Below the pieces are notes generated by a model. That model worked only from the letters and a program-made list of their open reading frames with translations, had not been told where the DNA came from and made no database searches. A program made the translations under genes and the position numbers. Shown here one piece after another: positions 1 to 9,409 of a stretch of 64,000 nt of DNA (position 1 is the stretch's first letter; each line of letters begins with the position of its first letter). This DNA comes from Candidatus Bathyarchaeota archaeon (lineage in GTDB: Archaea > Thermoproteota > Bathyarchaeia > 40CM-2-53-6): assembly GCA_963733055.1 (NCBI GenBank), contig CAVTBR010000003.1:448001-512000 (forward strand). The letters run 5' to 3'.

Positions 1-458
1 AACCAGACATGGATTTTCTTGTGTCGGCCGAAATTTCGGGATTTCCTCGCAGACTCCGTGAGCAGCCCCGAAAGATTCAGGACGAGCAATATTGCGAACG
101 CTACTGCACCCAACCAGAGTGCGAGGCTTGGTTCGAGAAGACTGGGAAGAAACAAGAAACCATGGATGACTAGGAAAACGGTAACGACAATCGACAATGC
201 GGAATGCATGCCGCCCCACTTGAAGATCGCCGACTGGTAGGACGAATGATGATTGCTGTTCGATCCATCAATTTTCGGGTGGCTCTTCCGAATCCAAAAT
301 CCTTGGAGCATAAGCATCAGGAAAGCTGTGATAGTACTCCATCCGATAACGCCCGCGTAACCTGACATCAGGGACTGGGGTTCGACGAGAAGGAAAGTGA
401 GCATTAGTGCAACTGCGGATCCTAGGAAACCTTCCACGGCCCACAGTTTCATGTGCAT
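1..458 (-). CDS. Ferric reductase-like / cytochrome b561-type transmembrane haem b protein (3' end off window)
   Basis: Absent from the ORF track. Manual translation MHMKLWAVEG...WGGMHSALSIVVTVFLVIHG...RHKKIHVW shows TM helices with an H-x13-H pair and a third His, typical of ferric reductase-like TM domains. Confidence 0.6.
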   Translation of the reverse strand, partial: MHMKLWAVEGFLGSAVALMLTFLLVEPQSLMSGYAGVIGWSTITAFLMLMLQGFWIRKSHPKIDGSNSNHHSSYQSAIFKWGGMHSALSIVVTVFLVIHGFLFLPSLLEPSLALWLGAVAFAILLVLNLSGLLTESARKSRNFGRHKKIHVW

Positions 459-568
459 TACCAAAGCCTCAGGGCTTCATTGTCAATGAGTATTCATATT
501 CCTCGCTAGCAGTGTTATAGAATCCAGTTCGATTAATCTGTCCTGGTATTTTGAAAGAATGATTCCCT

Positions 569-844
569 CTAAGGGAAGAAGAAGTTGGACAAGAGTAGGA
601 GAATCAAACCCAGCGAGCCTACGAGGACCCAGCCTCGAGCGAAAGCCTCTCCCCACTTATCGTGCGTGTATACGGAAGCGACAATTGAGAACGACAACAG
701 ATTAACCCCGAGAAACACAGCGAACCTGGCGTCGCTCAGGGTTCCAACTGCACTTCCAATCCACAGATAGCCGATCGTAGTAACCTGAAGTGCAAGAAGC
801 AGCGCTACAACTCTTTTAATGGGACTCATTTGTCGACCATCCAA
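569..844 (-). CDS. Small 3-TM membrane protein, probable accessory subunit of the Rieske/cytochrome b complex
   Basis: Hydrophobic 91-aa ORF overlapping the 3' end of cytochrome b on the same strand. Confidence 0.55.
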   Translation of the reverse strand: MDGRQMSPIKRVVALLLALQVTTIGYLWIGSAVGTLSDARFAVFLGVNLLSFSIVASVYTHDKWGEAFARGWVLVGSLGLILLLLSNFFFP

Positions 845-2297
845 TTTCGAGCCAACCGAATCTTCTCTTGAGCGAAGCTCCCGCCAACTCTATCCGATAC
901 ATGAAGAAGATTGTGGAAAATACCACGATCCCTAGGAACGCAGCCGACAGGCCCAATTGAAGAATACTCGGAGTACTCATTCCGTAGATGGCCAAGTGCA
1001 CTACCGCGTTCAAGGAGGCACCGATGGCCAATGCTCCGCCTGAAAGGAGCAGCACAAAGGACAGTGCTGTCCTGAATCTTCCTCGAGGTTTCGAAATTCT
1101 CTCTCTGCGTGATTTGCGTGCACTTCTCGATTCGACGAGAGTGTAGAGCGCGAACGAGGAAGTCCCAACTAGAAGTGCGATTGCCCCAAGCACCATGGCC
1201 GCTTCCTCCGTTGGGATCACTTGCCCAGGAGACTCCAGCCCCCAGTACGCGAGGACAAAGATTTCCGCGATGAAGATCAACCCTAACGTTACGAATACTG
1301 GCCTCTGAGCTACCCTCCTAGAGGAACCTCTGTCCATGAATGGGAGCGCAATTAACACCACAAAAAGGAGAGTGACCACACCTAACGCCACTGGCAACCC
1401 CGCTCCTTCGAAAACAGAGATTTTCAGAATCTGGTATATCCAAAGGAAGTACCAATCTGGTTGTGCGGTGAATTGGGCCGCGAGCTGAGGGGAGTACATG
1501 GGAGGTAGACTCAGCGGGAAGATTGCAGAGATCAGAAGCATCGCGCTACCGAACATAGCCGCGAGGCCGAGTAGGTAAATCGTGACGTCAGGAAATATTG
1601 GAAGACTACGGCTGGCCTTTTGATCGACTGGGGAACCCGTGGTAGGTTCGGCTATTCCATGAACTTCAAGCATGTACATTTTCACCGTAAGAAGAATCAA
1701 CAAGACTGCTGGCAGAACTACAACATGCAAATCGTAGAATCTGAGAAGTTCCGTTGCGTCGCCGCCGGCTCCTACGATTAGGAAGCTAAGGAAGTTAGAG
1801 ATTGCGCCGGGCAGGGCATCGATAATGCCTACTCCAACATCAGTTGCAGACTTTGAGACAACCGTCCACGGCAGCAGGTAGCCTGTAAACCCGAAGCCCA
1901 GCGTAACAAACCCCATTATCATACCGACGACCCACATCACCTCCCTTGGCTTCTTGTATACGGAGACGAAGTAGCCGCGCATCATGTGCATGAAGGCAAG
2001 CATGATCATAGCGTACGCGGTGTAGAGATGCACGGTTTGAAGGAATCTTCCGTAATACACATTTTGAAAGATGTATTGAGTCGAACTGAAAGCTTCAGTA
2101 GGGCTGGGTACGTAGTAGAGCATCATCATGATTCCTGTTACGCCTTGAATTAGAAAGGCGACTACGGTTAATGCACCAAGCCAGTAGAACGGGTTGATGG
2201 AATACCTCGGCGCGGGCCTAAGGAGAGGATAGGTTAAACCAAGTCGCGCGTCGAACCAGGCCGCTAGCCGCGCCCATCGTCCCGCTGTTTCAGTCAC
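816..2297 (-). CDS. Cytochrome b of a Rieske/cytochrome b complex (SoxN/PetB-like) with C-terminal TM extension
   Basis: TGIMMMLYYVPS, H-x13-H in helix B, FTGYLLPW, RFYDLH, Qo-site QPDWYFLW. Confidence 0.93.
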   Translation of the reverse strand: MTETAGRWARLAAWFDARLGLTYPLLRPAPRYSINPFYWLGALTVVAFLIQGVTGIMMMLYYVPSPTEAFSSTQYIFQNVYYGRFLQTVHLYTAYAMIMLAFMHMMRGYFVSVYKKPREVMWVVGMIMGFVTLGFGFTGYLLPWTVVSKSATDVGVGIIDALPGAISNFLSFLIVGAGGDATELLRFYDLHVVVLPAVLLILLTVKMYMLEVHGIAEPTTGSPVDQKASRSLPIFPDVTIYLLGLAAMFGSAMLLISAIFPLSLPPMYSPQLAAQFTAQPDWYFLWIYQILKISVFEGAGLPVALGVVTLLFVVLIALPFMDRGSSRRVAQRPVFVTLGLIFIAEIFVLAYWGLESPGQVIPTEEAAMVLGAIALLVGTSSFALYTLVESRSARKSRRERISKPRGRFRTALSFVLLLSGGALAIGASLNAVVHLAIYGMSTPSILQLGLSAAFLGIVVFSTIFFMYRIELAGASLKRRFGWLEIGWSTNESH

Positions 2298-2303
2298 TCT
2301 GGC

Positions 2304-2955
2304 CTAACCTACCGGGTTTCCACCTTGCAGGTCACCGGATACATCGTTTGAGCCGGTGTTATGACCGAAAATTGTTGGCGGCCCCATGCCAGTCGCGAAG
2401 ATATTACCTGAAGTGTCGACCTCCAATAACACCTGAGGTTGAGGCCTCGGTGACGGCCCCCCAATTACATTCGCCTTGTTTGCGAGATCAAATACGCTTC
2501 CGTGACAGCAGCAATATCCTACTGGACGATCCGCTTTGTATGCGGGGTTGCAGGCAGGCGAACTACCCGGCGCTTGAAATCCGTAAATACATCCGAGGTG
2601 CTGACAAATGCTGCTGAAAGCCACAATGTCCTCGTCTGGACCTACGCCTCCGTCGGACTTTGTTCCTAGCTTGACTAGAATATTCGGTTCGTTGTCGAGC
2701 GGATAATTGAAAGATATTGGTTGACCTAAGGTTAGAGCGCTGAGCTGAGCAACTTTCACTTTGGGAAATTGTCTTGTCCCCGATGCCCCCGTTGTCCCAC
2801 CTGCGGAAGGCGCAGGATTCGTGACGGACTTAAGTACCGCAGCTATTCCGCCAACCGCAGAGCAACGTAGAAAACGCCATCGCAAATTTGAGAAAGTTTC
2901 GCTTTGACTCTTTCTTTCGATCTGAAGCAGACTCTCCGTTACTCTCTCGGACCAT
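2304..2955 (-). CDS. Rieske [2Fe-2S] protein (SoxL-like) with Tat signal; +1 frameshift near 2860
   Basis: CQHLGC and CCCHGSVFD motifs. ATG at 2955 gives MVRESN...SKRNFLKFAMAFSTLL, which joins AVGGIAAVLKS if one base is removed. Confidence 0.9.
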
Positions 2956-2958
2956 GAT

Positions 2959-4092
2959 TTACACCGTGTTTTCTTTACGCCTGGGGCGAACGACCGTTCC
3001 GATTATTGCCCCGACCACCAGTAGCCCGACACCTACAGCGGCGGCAAGAGTCGGTGAGATCCCGCTTGCCGGAGCGGGGGCAGTCGGAGTGGGCGATGGT
3101 GGCGCTTGATCGCTAACGGTTAAGGTGTACCACTGCGATACGGATTTTATGTGCGAAGATTCCCCCATTTTTCCGTTCCAGACGGCAAAGGCGACATAGT
3201 AGTTCGAACCTGTCGCAAGTTGCACTCGGTACTGAGACGCGTCTGACATTGAGAAACTCCGTACCATTTCAACCGTCCATGTCTTGTTTGAATCAGAGAA
3301 ATAATTTCCGACATGCACGGCATACGGGTCGGCATATGGGTCGAGATTTGGTGAGCTGGCACCGAAGCTGCCACCGATCACGTAAAACCCGGTTGTGTTC
3401 GTATAATCGTCCTCTGCAAACGACACATTATTGTTGGGAAAGATCGCGGACCCTGAAGGATTCGTGTAGCCTCCGGGAAACGAAGTGTCACTCGCACTGT
3501 TATCCGTCGGCACCGATTGCCAATGCCAGATGTCTGCCGCCCCACCGGTGATCGCACCGTTTGACCCCAAGACCATAACTGGTGACTGTTGGCGCGTTGC
3601 GGGGGTTTGCAGAAACCAGAGCATGGCAACCCTGTCTGGATAATAATACGTTGAGTTGTAGAACAGTTGTTTCACATTCGTGGTGCCCGCTGGGTTGAGC
3701 GGAATCAGCGTCCCATTCGGAGCGGCGTAAACTTCAGTGGATGAACCGAAGGAGGGCCCCATTGAGTCATTCCATCGAAATATGACGTAGATGTTGAATC
3801 CGTCATTAGCAGATTTCACCAGGATATTCGAAGTCTGCCCCCCTCCTGGTGACACCGATGCAGCCAGTGGAACATCAGTCCAACCAATTCCATTCCAAAA
3901 CGACTCGCTACCAGGAGCGGTATAATTTGGCGCGCCACTCACCCGATAAGATGTCAAGGCCACAAAGGACCCTTGCGCCCTTACAACTCCCGTTCCGCCC
4001 CAACCGATTACAACGGCCAAGAACAAGACTGCTAGCAAACCAAGGGCAACGATAGACTGCTTACTTCTCCGTCTCGTTTTGATGGACAACAT
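2959..4092 (-). CDS. Membrane-anchored DOMON-type haem b protein (EbdC / CbsA cytochrome b558/566-like)
   Basis: Signal peptide; VKSANDG..IYVIFRWND, YPDRVAMLW, ADIWHW, WTVEMVRS, YVAFAVWNG..E...KSVSQW; candidate Met/Lys ligands; many NxS/T sequons; C-terminal TM. ORF track start 4149, likely start 4092. Confidence 0.8.
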   Translation of the reverse strand: MLSIKTRRRSKQSIVALGLLAVLFLAVVIGWGGTGVVRAQGSFVALTSYRVSGAPNYTAPGSESFWNGIGWTDVPLAASVSPGGGQTSNILVKSANDGFNIYVIFRWNDSMGPSFGSSTEVYAAPNGTLIPLNPAGTTNVKQLFYNSTYYYPDRVAMLWFLQTPATRQQSPVMVLGSNGAITGGAADIWHWQSVPTDNSASDTSFPGGYTNPSGSAIFPNNNVSFAEDDYTNTTGFYVIGGSFGASSPNLDPYADPYAVHVGNYFSDSNKTWTVEMVRSFSMSDASQYRVQLATGSNYYVAFAVWNGKMGESSHIKSVSQWYTLTVSDQAPPSPTPTAPAPASGISPTLAAAVGVGLLVVGAIIGTVVRPRRKENTV

Positions 4093-4201
4093 AATTCGAA
4101 CTATCCGTATATCATGTGCATTTAAAGGAAATTCTTGAACCCCTACCATTGATTCTAGCCATTTTAATCGTCAAAACTATTTCGCACGCTGAAGATCCGA
4201 G

Positions 4202-4693
4202 TTACGTTTTCGATGCCGCGGGTGGCTTCCAGGTCAAAGCGAATATTCCGCCAAGTACTCCAAGTATCAGCCCAACTCCGAATCCTGCCATCGCACTGCC
4301 AAATATGCTGAGCACGGAGAAGATTAGGATTAGTAGACCCCACTTCGAATGTTCTATGGGTTTGTTGTAGAGCATAACTGCGCTGATTACGACTACTATT
4401 CCGAATAGTATGCCGGCGAGGCCGAATATTCCGCCGAATCCGTATCCTCCCATCATACCGAAACCAGGGCCAGACAAGTATCGGCCCATCATCCCTCCGT
4501 ACCATTCATTTCCACCGTATCCTCCATATCCCGAATAGCCGTTCATCATTCCTCCATAACCAGAGTAGCCACTCATCATCCCGCCTAGACCATAAGGACC
4601 GATCATTGACATCATTCCTCCCCCAACCAGAATGAAGACGCCCCCAATCAGTGAGAGTATGAAAGCGACGGTAGGTTTCTCTTCTGCTGTCAT
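4202..4693 (-). CDS. Membrane protein with a Gly/Met/Tyr-rich loop
   Basis: MTAEEKPTVAFILSLIGGVFIL followed by repeated GGMM/GYGG units and about three more TM helices. Confidence 0.75.
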   Translation of the reverse strand: MTAEEKPTVAFILSLIGGVFILVGGGMMSMIGPYGLGGMMSGYSGYGGMMNGYSGYGGYGGNEWYGGMMGRYLSGPGFGMMGGYGFGGIFGLAGILFGIVVVISAVMLYNKPIEHSKWGLLILIFSVLSIFGSAMAGFGVGLILGVLGGIFALTWKPPAASKT

Positions 4694-4712
4694 GCTTTGA
4701 TTTCGTCTCTGT

Positions 4713-5441
4713 CTAAGTGAATTCGACTTCCTGTATAAAGTCCCCATGCCAGGAATGATACCAGACTTGCCCCGTACTACCATTAACACTCAACATTCCG
4801 GCAATTTTCCCATTAACTGTGAAATCGAACGTGTAGTATCCGTAAAATCTCGTTCCCATCTCTACCTTTGCGTTGCTGAAGTTTGACATTAAGTATGTTT
4901 GCGCGAGCTGCGCTGCCTTGTCCTGCGAAACCGTCATTGTAGAGGACCATTGGTTTCCGTAGTAGCCCATCATTCCGTTGTTCATGGCGCTGTACTTGGC
5001 GTTCCAGATCATATTTGGCCCAGGTTCAGGCATCATGATACCGACCGCGATGCGTCCGTACATCATTCCTCCACCCATCATTCCTGATGGTGGAACTTGC
5101 TTCCAAATGAGCATCTCGAATGCCCCTCGGCCAGTGTCCTTCTCGTAATAGATTACGTAGAAGTTGTATTGGAACTCCATTATCTCCTTAACAGCCAAGT
5201 TAGAATTCCCGGTCAACGCGAGGTTTTGTTGCGCGATCGTCTCGGCTTGCGCCAACGTCAGCGGAGTGCTCGACGACGACTGGAGTTGCTGATACGGTTG
5301 TCCAGTAATCAATTGGTTGCTGTACCCGCCGCCCTGGTACGACGTAGGCGGGGGGACAGACATTGAGTAGACGGCAGTTAGCCCCAGACTTCCAAGACCT
5401 ATCGCAACTAACAGGATTGCGAGAACATTGCTCTTACTCAT
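4713..5441 (-). CDS. Exported protein with two PepSY-like repeats and GMM motifs
   Basis: N-terminal TM; LTLAQAETIAQ / VSQDKAAQLAQ helices; MEFQYNFY; PEPGPNMIWNAKY; MLSVNGSTGQVWYHSWHG. Confidence 0.7.
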   Translation of the reverse strand: MSKSNVLAILLVAIGLGSLGLTAVYSMSVPPPTSYQGGGYSNQLITGQPYQQLQSSSSTPLTLAQAETIAQQNLALTGNSNLAVKEIMEFQYNFYVIYYEKDTGRGAFEMLIWKQVPPSGMMGGGMMYGRIAVGIMMPEPGPNMIWNAKYSAMNNGMMGYYGNQWSSTMTVSQDKAAQLAQTYLMSNFSNAKVEMGTRFYGYYTFDFTVNGKIAGMLSVNGSTGQVWYHSWHGDFIQEVEFT

Positions 5442-5473
5442 TCTAAATACGTATCCCTGTCTGAGCATCTGCT

Positions 5474-6136
5474 TCAATATACCGTTACTTGGCCTTCCAT
5501 CCATCCAGGCTGGGACATAGCTCCCTGCATTCCAGTAGCTCCGAAGCCGCAGGGGGTCAAACAGATCCATTGAAACGTCCCAGTCTGGTCAAGGTTTAGG
5601 TACGCTATCTGCAAGTCACCGCCAACAACTGGGACATTGATTCCCAACTGGGGAATCGAGAACGTGTGTGCAAGCATTGCCCCGGGAACCGATGTAACAT
5701 TTCGGCCCCAACGCTGACTAACGTCCATTCCGGAGGCGCTAGTGCCATTGACTAGGTATACTGTGCCTCCGACGGTTCCAGTTACTTTGCCCTCCATATC
5801 TGTACTGCCCATCGTCGGCGTATCATACGAAATAATTGTTAGCTGGATCAGTGTGTGGGCGGGAAGAAGTATGTTTGTCGCTGGCTGTGTTCCGTTGGGT
5901 CCAAGGATTGAGAACTGCGGTTGAGCCATTGAAGAATTCCACCCGGTATCCATAATTTCAATCAGCGTTAGCCTGAACGGGCCGGTCTGCGGCGGCGTTG
6001 AGGCAACACTGCGATAATTTAATCCATAATTGAGAGAGAGGCCTCCGATCAACCCCGCTGAAATAACGAGGATGAGGCACTGTAACCCCTTCAGGCTACA
6101 CCGTTTCGGCTGCGCGTCTTCGGTCATATTTGACAC
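5474..6136 (-). CDS. Membrane-anchored cupredoxin (sulfocyanin/SoxE-like)
   Basis: N-terminal TM, HTF motif, GTFQWICLTPCG...AM...GWMEGQV cupredoxin C-terminus. Confidence 0.7.
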   Translation of the reverse strand: MSNMTEDAQPKRCSLKGLQCLILVISAGLIGGLSLNYGLNYRSVASTPPQTGPFRLTLIEIMDTGWNSSMAQPQFSILGPNGTQPATNILLPAHTLIQLTIISYDTPTMGSTDMEGKVTGTVGGTVYLVNGTSASGMDVSQRWGRNVTSVPGAMLAHTFSIPQLGINVPVVGGDLQIAYLNLDQTGTFQWICLTPCGFGATGMQGAMSQPGWMEGQVTVY

Positions 6137-6235
6137 GAAAGTATTTACGAGATGACCAAACTTAACGCCTTTGTAGAGATATTCAGTACTCTATATAGAA
6201 CACACATGGTTGTCGAAGTGTAACTTTTCTGACAA

Positions 6236-6985
6236 CTAGGTGGATAATTTCCGGGCAATTATTATGATTCCGCCGCCCATCAAGAACTCCTTGAGTTCAG
6301 CGCTCTGGAATTTGCTCTTCATCTGAGCTAGGAGAGCGTGGTTTGTTGGTAGGGATTTGTACGTGGGGCCGATCATCCTCCAAGGGTTTCCCTTGATTCT
6401 GCCGAGAATCGTTACCTTCGCGATAATTGGCATTAGATACCTTATGTATAGTGTGCTGCTCGCTCTTTTGAGGAAATTCTCGGGCTTACCAATATCCACA
6501 TCTGCGAAGCGGCCATTTTCGGCGCAGACCCGCGCGTATTCTCCGATGGCTTTGGTGAGGTGGAGGCTGTCACGAAGTGCGTAACAGGTAATGACGGCGT
6601 TGAATGCGTTGTCGCGAAACGGAAGAAGTTCAAAAGACCCCCTTACAACTTGCAAGAGGCTCGGCCAAAGGATGTCTATGTTGGCCTTGGCGGTCTTGAG
6701 CTGCTTCACCGATCCATCTAGGCCTACGAGTAATTTCGGCTTGACTGACGTTAGAATCAACCTTGACGTCGTACCCGGCCCAATCCCGCCGTCGAGTATT
6801 GAATCCCCATCTGACAATTCGAGCCTTTGAATAGCAAACTTGCGTGACTCTTGCGCCTTACCAAATGAGATGAGATCGTTGACTTCATCGTATAGTGGAA
6901 TGGCATCTTCGATCGCCTCTACAACTTTCCGCCAAGTTTCCGGAGGCACACCATAAGAATCGCTCTTCTCTTGATTCCCTTCCAA
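6236..6985 (-). CDS. UbiE/MenG-family SAM-dependent methyltransferase
   Basis: YDEVNDLISFG, ILDGGIGPGT, LPFRDNAF, YALRD. Confidence 0.8.
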   Translation of the reverse strand: MEGNQEKSDSYGVPPETWRKVVEAIEDAIPLYDEVNDLISFGKAQESRKFAIQRLELSDGDSILDGGIGPGTTSRLILTSVKPKLLVGLDGSVKQLKTAKANIDILWPSLLQVVRGSFELLPFRDNAFNAVITCYALRDSLHLTKAIGEYARVCAENGRFADVDIGKPENFLKRASSTLYIRYLMPIIAKVTILGRIKGNPWRMIGPTYKSLPTNHALLAQMKSKFQSAELKEFLMGGGIIIIARKLST

Positions 6986-7127
6986 TCCGCCAATCCACCC
7001 GGACTATGCAGAGGGGCTGTTACCGGAAAGGACTGATAAAACAAGTATGTATCTGGTCACCGGTTGGCGTTATCGATGGTGCAAACTCTTTGATGACTCA
7101 GCGTTCCAATTATGACAGTTGACGCGG

Positions 7128-7544
7128 TTACTTTTCCAGCAGACTCGTGAAGAAGTCGTGATGCTCTTCTTCTTCCTCTTCTATTTCTTCGAAGATCTCC
7201 TTAGTGGCGACGTCGCCTTCCTTGTCGGCGAGTTGGATGATTTCCTTGTACATGGCAATGGTCTCCATCTCGGCTTTGGCATCGTTCTTCAACATTTCTT
7301 CAAGAGTCTCGCCCACGAAGATCGGGGCGGGTTGAATCGTGGGCTTGGTACCCAGATACCATAATCGTTCCGCAATCTTCTCAGCATGCTTCATCTCCCC
7401 AATTGCTACCTTCTCGATCCCGTCGATTACCGCGTAGTGTTCAACACCTTTCCACTGAACATGCTGCCACATATACTGAATAATAGCCTGAAGCTCACCG
7501 GCAACTGCTCGGTTCAACATCTCCAATAGTTTTGCACTAGCCAA
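7128..7544 (-). CDS. Short bacterioferritin-like ferritin-family protein
   Basis: ELQAIIQY, EMKHAEKIAERL, AEMETIAMY, EEEEHH ferroxidase ligands. Confidence 0.85.
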   Translation of the reverse strand: MASAKLLEMLNRAVAGELQAIIQYMWQHVQWKGVEHYAVIDGIEKVAIGEMKHAEKIAERLWYLGTKPTIQPAPIFVGETLEEMLKNDAKAEMETIAMYKEIIQLADKEGDVATKEIFEEIEEEEEEHHDFFTSLLEK

Positions 7545-7761
7545 AACTAGTTCAACCTTACAGAACCCCTCCCCGTGCAGTCCTTAAACTGGCTGATAGA
7601 GAATCGCTATTGAAATTGAGGATCGCCCGAGATTCTTAGATGGGTTTCAGAACGAAGCAGCCGACTCTTGCACCCATAGCGTCTCTCTAGATGAACTTCC
7701 AGTATGTAGAAAAGAGCTATTAATTGTCGAAAAGCTTCCTCGGGTCGAGGTATTTCACGGG

Positions 7762-8985
7762 TTGCTAGATTCCGGAGACATTGCGTGGGTCATCACTGCC
7801 ACCGCCCTCGTCATGATCATGACGCCAGCCCTAGGGTTCTTCTATGGAGGCTTTGTTAGAAGAAAGAATCTCGTATCCACCATTGCTCAATGTTTTGCGA
7901 TTTTCGCAGTCGTAAGTTTGATCTGGGCTTTCTGGGGATACAGCCTCGCTTTAGGCCCCTCTGTTAGTGGGTTCATTGGAAGCCTCTCTGACGTTTTCAT
8001 GAATAATGTTGGTTACGCCCCTAATCCCGGATATTCCAATACAATTCCCGAACTCCTCTACTTCGCTTTTCAACTGAAATTCGCCGCGATCACGCCCGCC
8101 CTAATCATAGGAGCATTTGCGGAACGAATTCGGTTCAAGGCGTTATTGATCTACGTTGTTCTCTGGACCACGTTCATCTACGCACCCATAGCTCATTGGA
8201 ACTGGGCGGTGGGAGGATTTCTCAGAGGATTGGGTGTGATTGACTTCGCCGGAGGCCTCGTTGTGCATACCTCGGCCGGACTCTCAGCTCTAGCGGCCGC
8301 GATGGTGCTGGGAAGAAGACGAGGTCTCGAGAAGAAAAAGGAAATGAGACCCGCCAACATCCCCTACGTTATACTTGGCGCTTCGATACTTTGGTTTGGA
8401 TGGTTCGGATTCAACGCGGGGAGCGCGCTAGCTGCGAACGCGCTTGCGGTAAACGCTCTTGTCGTAACGAACTTGGCTGCGGCGGCAGCTGCGGTGAGTT
8501 GGATGATGGTAGATTGGTTGGTGAAAGGAAAGCCAAGTGCACTTGGAATGTGCGCTGGAGCCGTCTGCGGCCTAGTAGCGATCACGCCTGCTTCAGGATT
8601 TGTGGGACCGATGCCCTCGATCATCATTGGGTTGGTGGCTGGGGCGTTATGTAATACCGTTGCTAGTTGGAGAGGTAGAACAAAGGTAGATGATTCACTC
8701 GATGTCTTCGCTTGCCACGGCGCTGGAGGAATCTGGGGAACGATCGCGACGGGACTTTTCGCTTCCACCCTAGTCAATGCGGCAGGTCCGAACGGCCTAT
8801 TCTACGGCAACCCGATGCAACTGTTACTTCAATGCGAGGCAGTGGCTATCGTCGTGGCCTTCGCATTCTGCGGCTCATACGTGCTACTCAAAGTGATCGG
8901 GCACTTCACACCGCTCAGAGTCAGTGCACAGGAAGAGGATACGGGGCTAGACATTAGCGAGCATGGCGAAGAAGCATACGCTTAG
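7762..8985 (+). CDS. amtB: Ammonium transporter Amt
   Basis: DSGDIAW, MTPALGFFYGG, FQLKFAAITPALI, AHWNW, DFAGGLVVH, WFGWFGFNAGS, DDSLDVFACHG. Confidence 0.97.
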   Translation: MLDSGDIAWVITATALVMIMTPALGFFYGGFVRRKNLVSTIAQCFAIFAVVSLIWAFWGYSLALGPSVSGFIGSLSDVFMNNVGYAPNPGYSNTIPELLYFAFQLKFAAITPALIIGAFAERIRFKALLIYVVLWTTFIYAPIAHWNWAVGGFLRGLGVIDFAGGLVVHTSAGLSALAAAMVLGRRRGLEKKKEMRPANIPYVILGASILWFGWFGFNAGSALAANALAVNALVVTNLAAAAAAVSWMMVDWLVKGKPSALGMCAGAVCGLVAITPASGFVGPMPSIIIGLVAGALCNTVASWRGRTKVDDSLDVFACHGAGGIWGTIATGLFASTLVNAAGPNGLFYGNPMQLLLQCEAVAIVVAFAFCGSYVLLKVIGHFTPLRVSAQEEDTGLDISEHGEEAYA

Positions 8986-9073
8986 GAACTAACGCTGAAG
9001 GTTCTTCCGTATCCCTAGAGAAGTCAGGACTGACGGAATTTATACGAAGCGGCCGTTCCCAGCGAGCTACGCA

Positions 9074-9376
9074 CTAAACCGACTTGGCTAAGCTCTTAGG
9101 AGCCTTTCTAAGAGACAGCCCTAGCCACACGACACCTACAATTACGATAACCAGACCGATTATCGTTAGATAGTTAGTTAACCCGAAGCCAAACCCTCCC
9201 CCGAACTGGCGTGCTCCACTGAAGCCAGGGCCAGGTCCCCCGCCCGTTCCATTGAAACCACCGGAACGGAACATGGCTCTGAACATTAGAGCTCTCACAG
9301 CACCAAGGATCACGGTAATTGCCATTATACCAACGCCGACAACGGTCAGTACGTACGCAGATTTGATTTCGGACAT
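9074..9376 (-). CDS. Small 2-TM protein with Gly/Phe-rich loop
   Basis: Two hydrophobic helices flank GGFNGTGGGPGPGFSGARQFGGGFGFG; purine-rich SD-like sequence and TATA upstream. Confidence 0.6.
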   Translation of the reverse strand: MSEIKSAYVLTVVGVGIMAITVILGAVRALMFRAMFRSGGFNGTGGGPGPGFSGARQFGGGFGFGLTNYLTIIGLVIVIVGVVWLGLSLRKAPKSLAKSV

Positions 9377-9390
9377 TGCTCCTTTCCTCT

Positions 9391-9409
9391 CAACTACACC
9401 TTGTAGTTG
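9391..9409. promoter_or_regulatory. Perfect 8-bp inverted repeat, candidate operator
   Basis: CAACTACA-CCT-TGTAGTTG lies between TATA-like TTATATAC (9427-9434, minus strand) and the start of 9074..9376. Confidence 0.4.

Noticed and set aside
2304-2955. Arsenite oxidase small subunit AioB
   Set aside because: No molybdopterin large subunit nearby; the gene sits directly before cytochrome b and has SoxL-like motifs.
4440-4625. DNA tandem repeat or CRISPR-like array
   Set aside because: Repetition is at protein level (GGMM/GYGG) with synonymous variation; I saw no repeat-spacer array anywhere in the window.
9391-9409. CopY/BlaI cop box
   Set aside because: Spacer is 3 nt (TACA-CCT-TGTA) rather than 2, and no such regulator is in the window.
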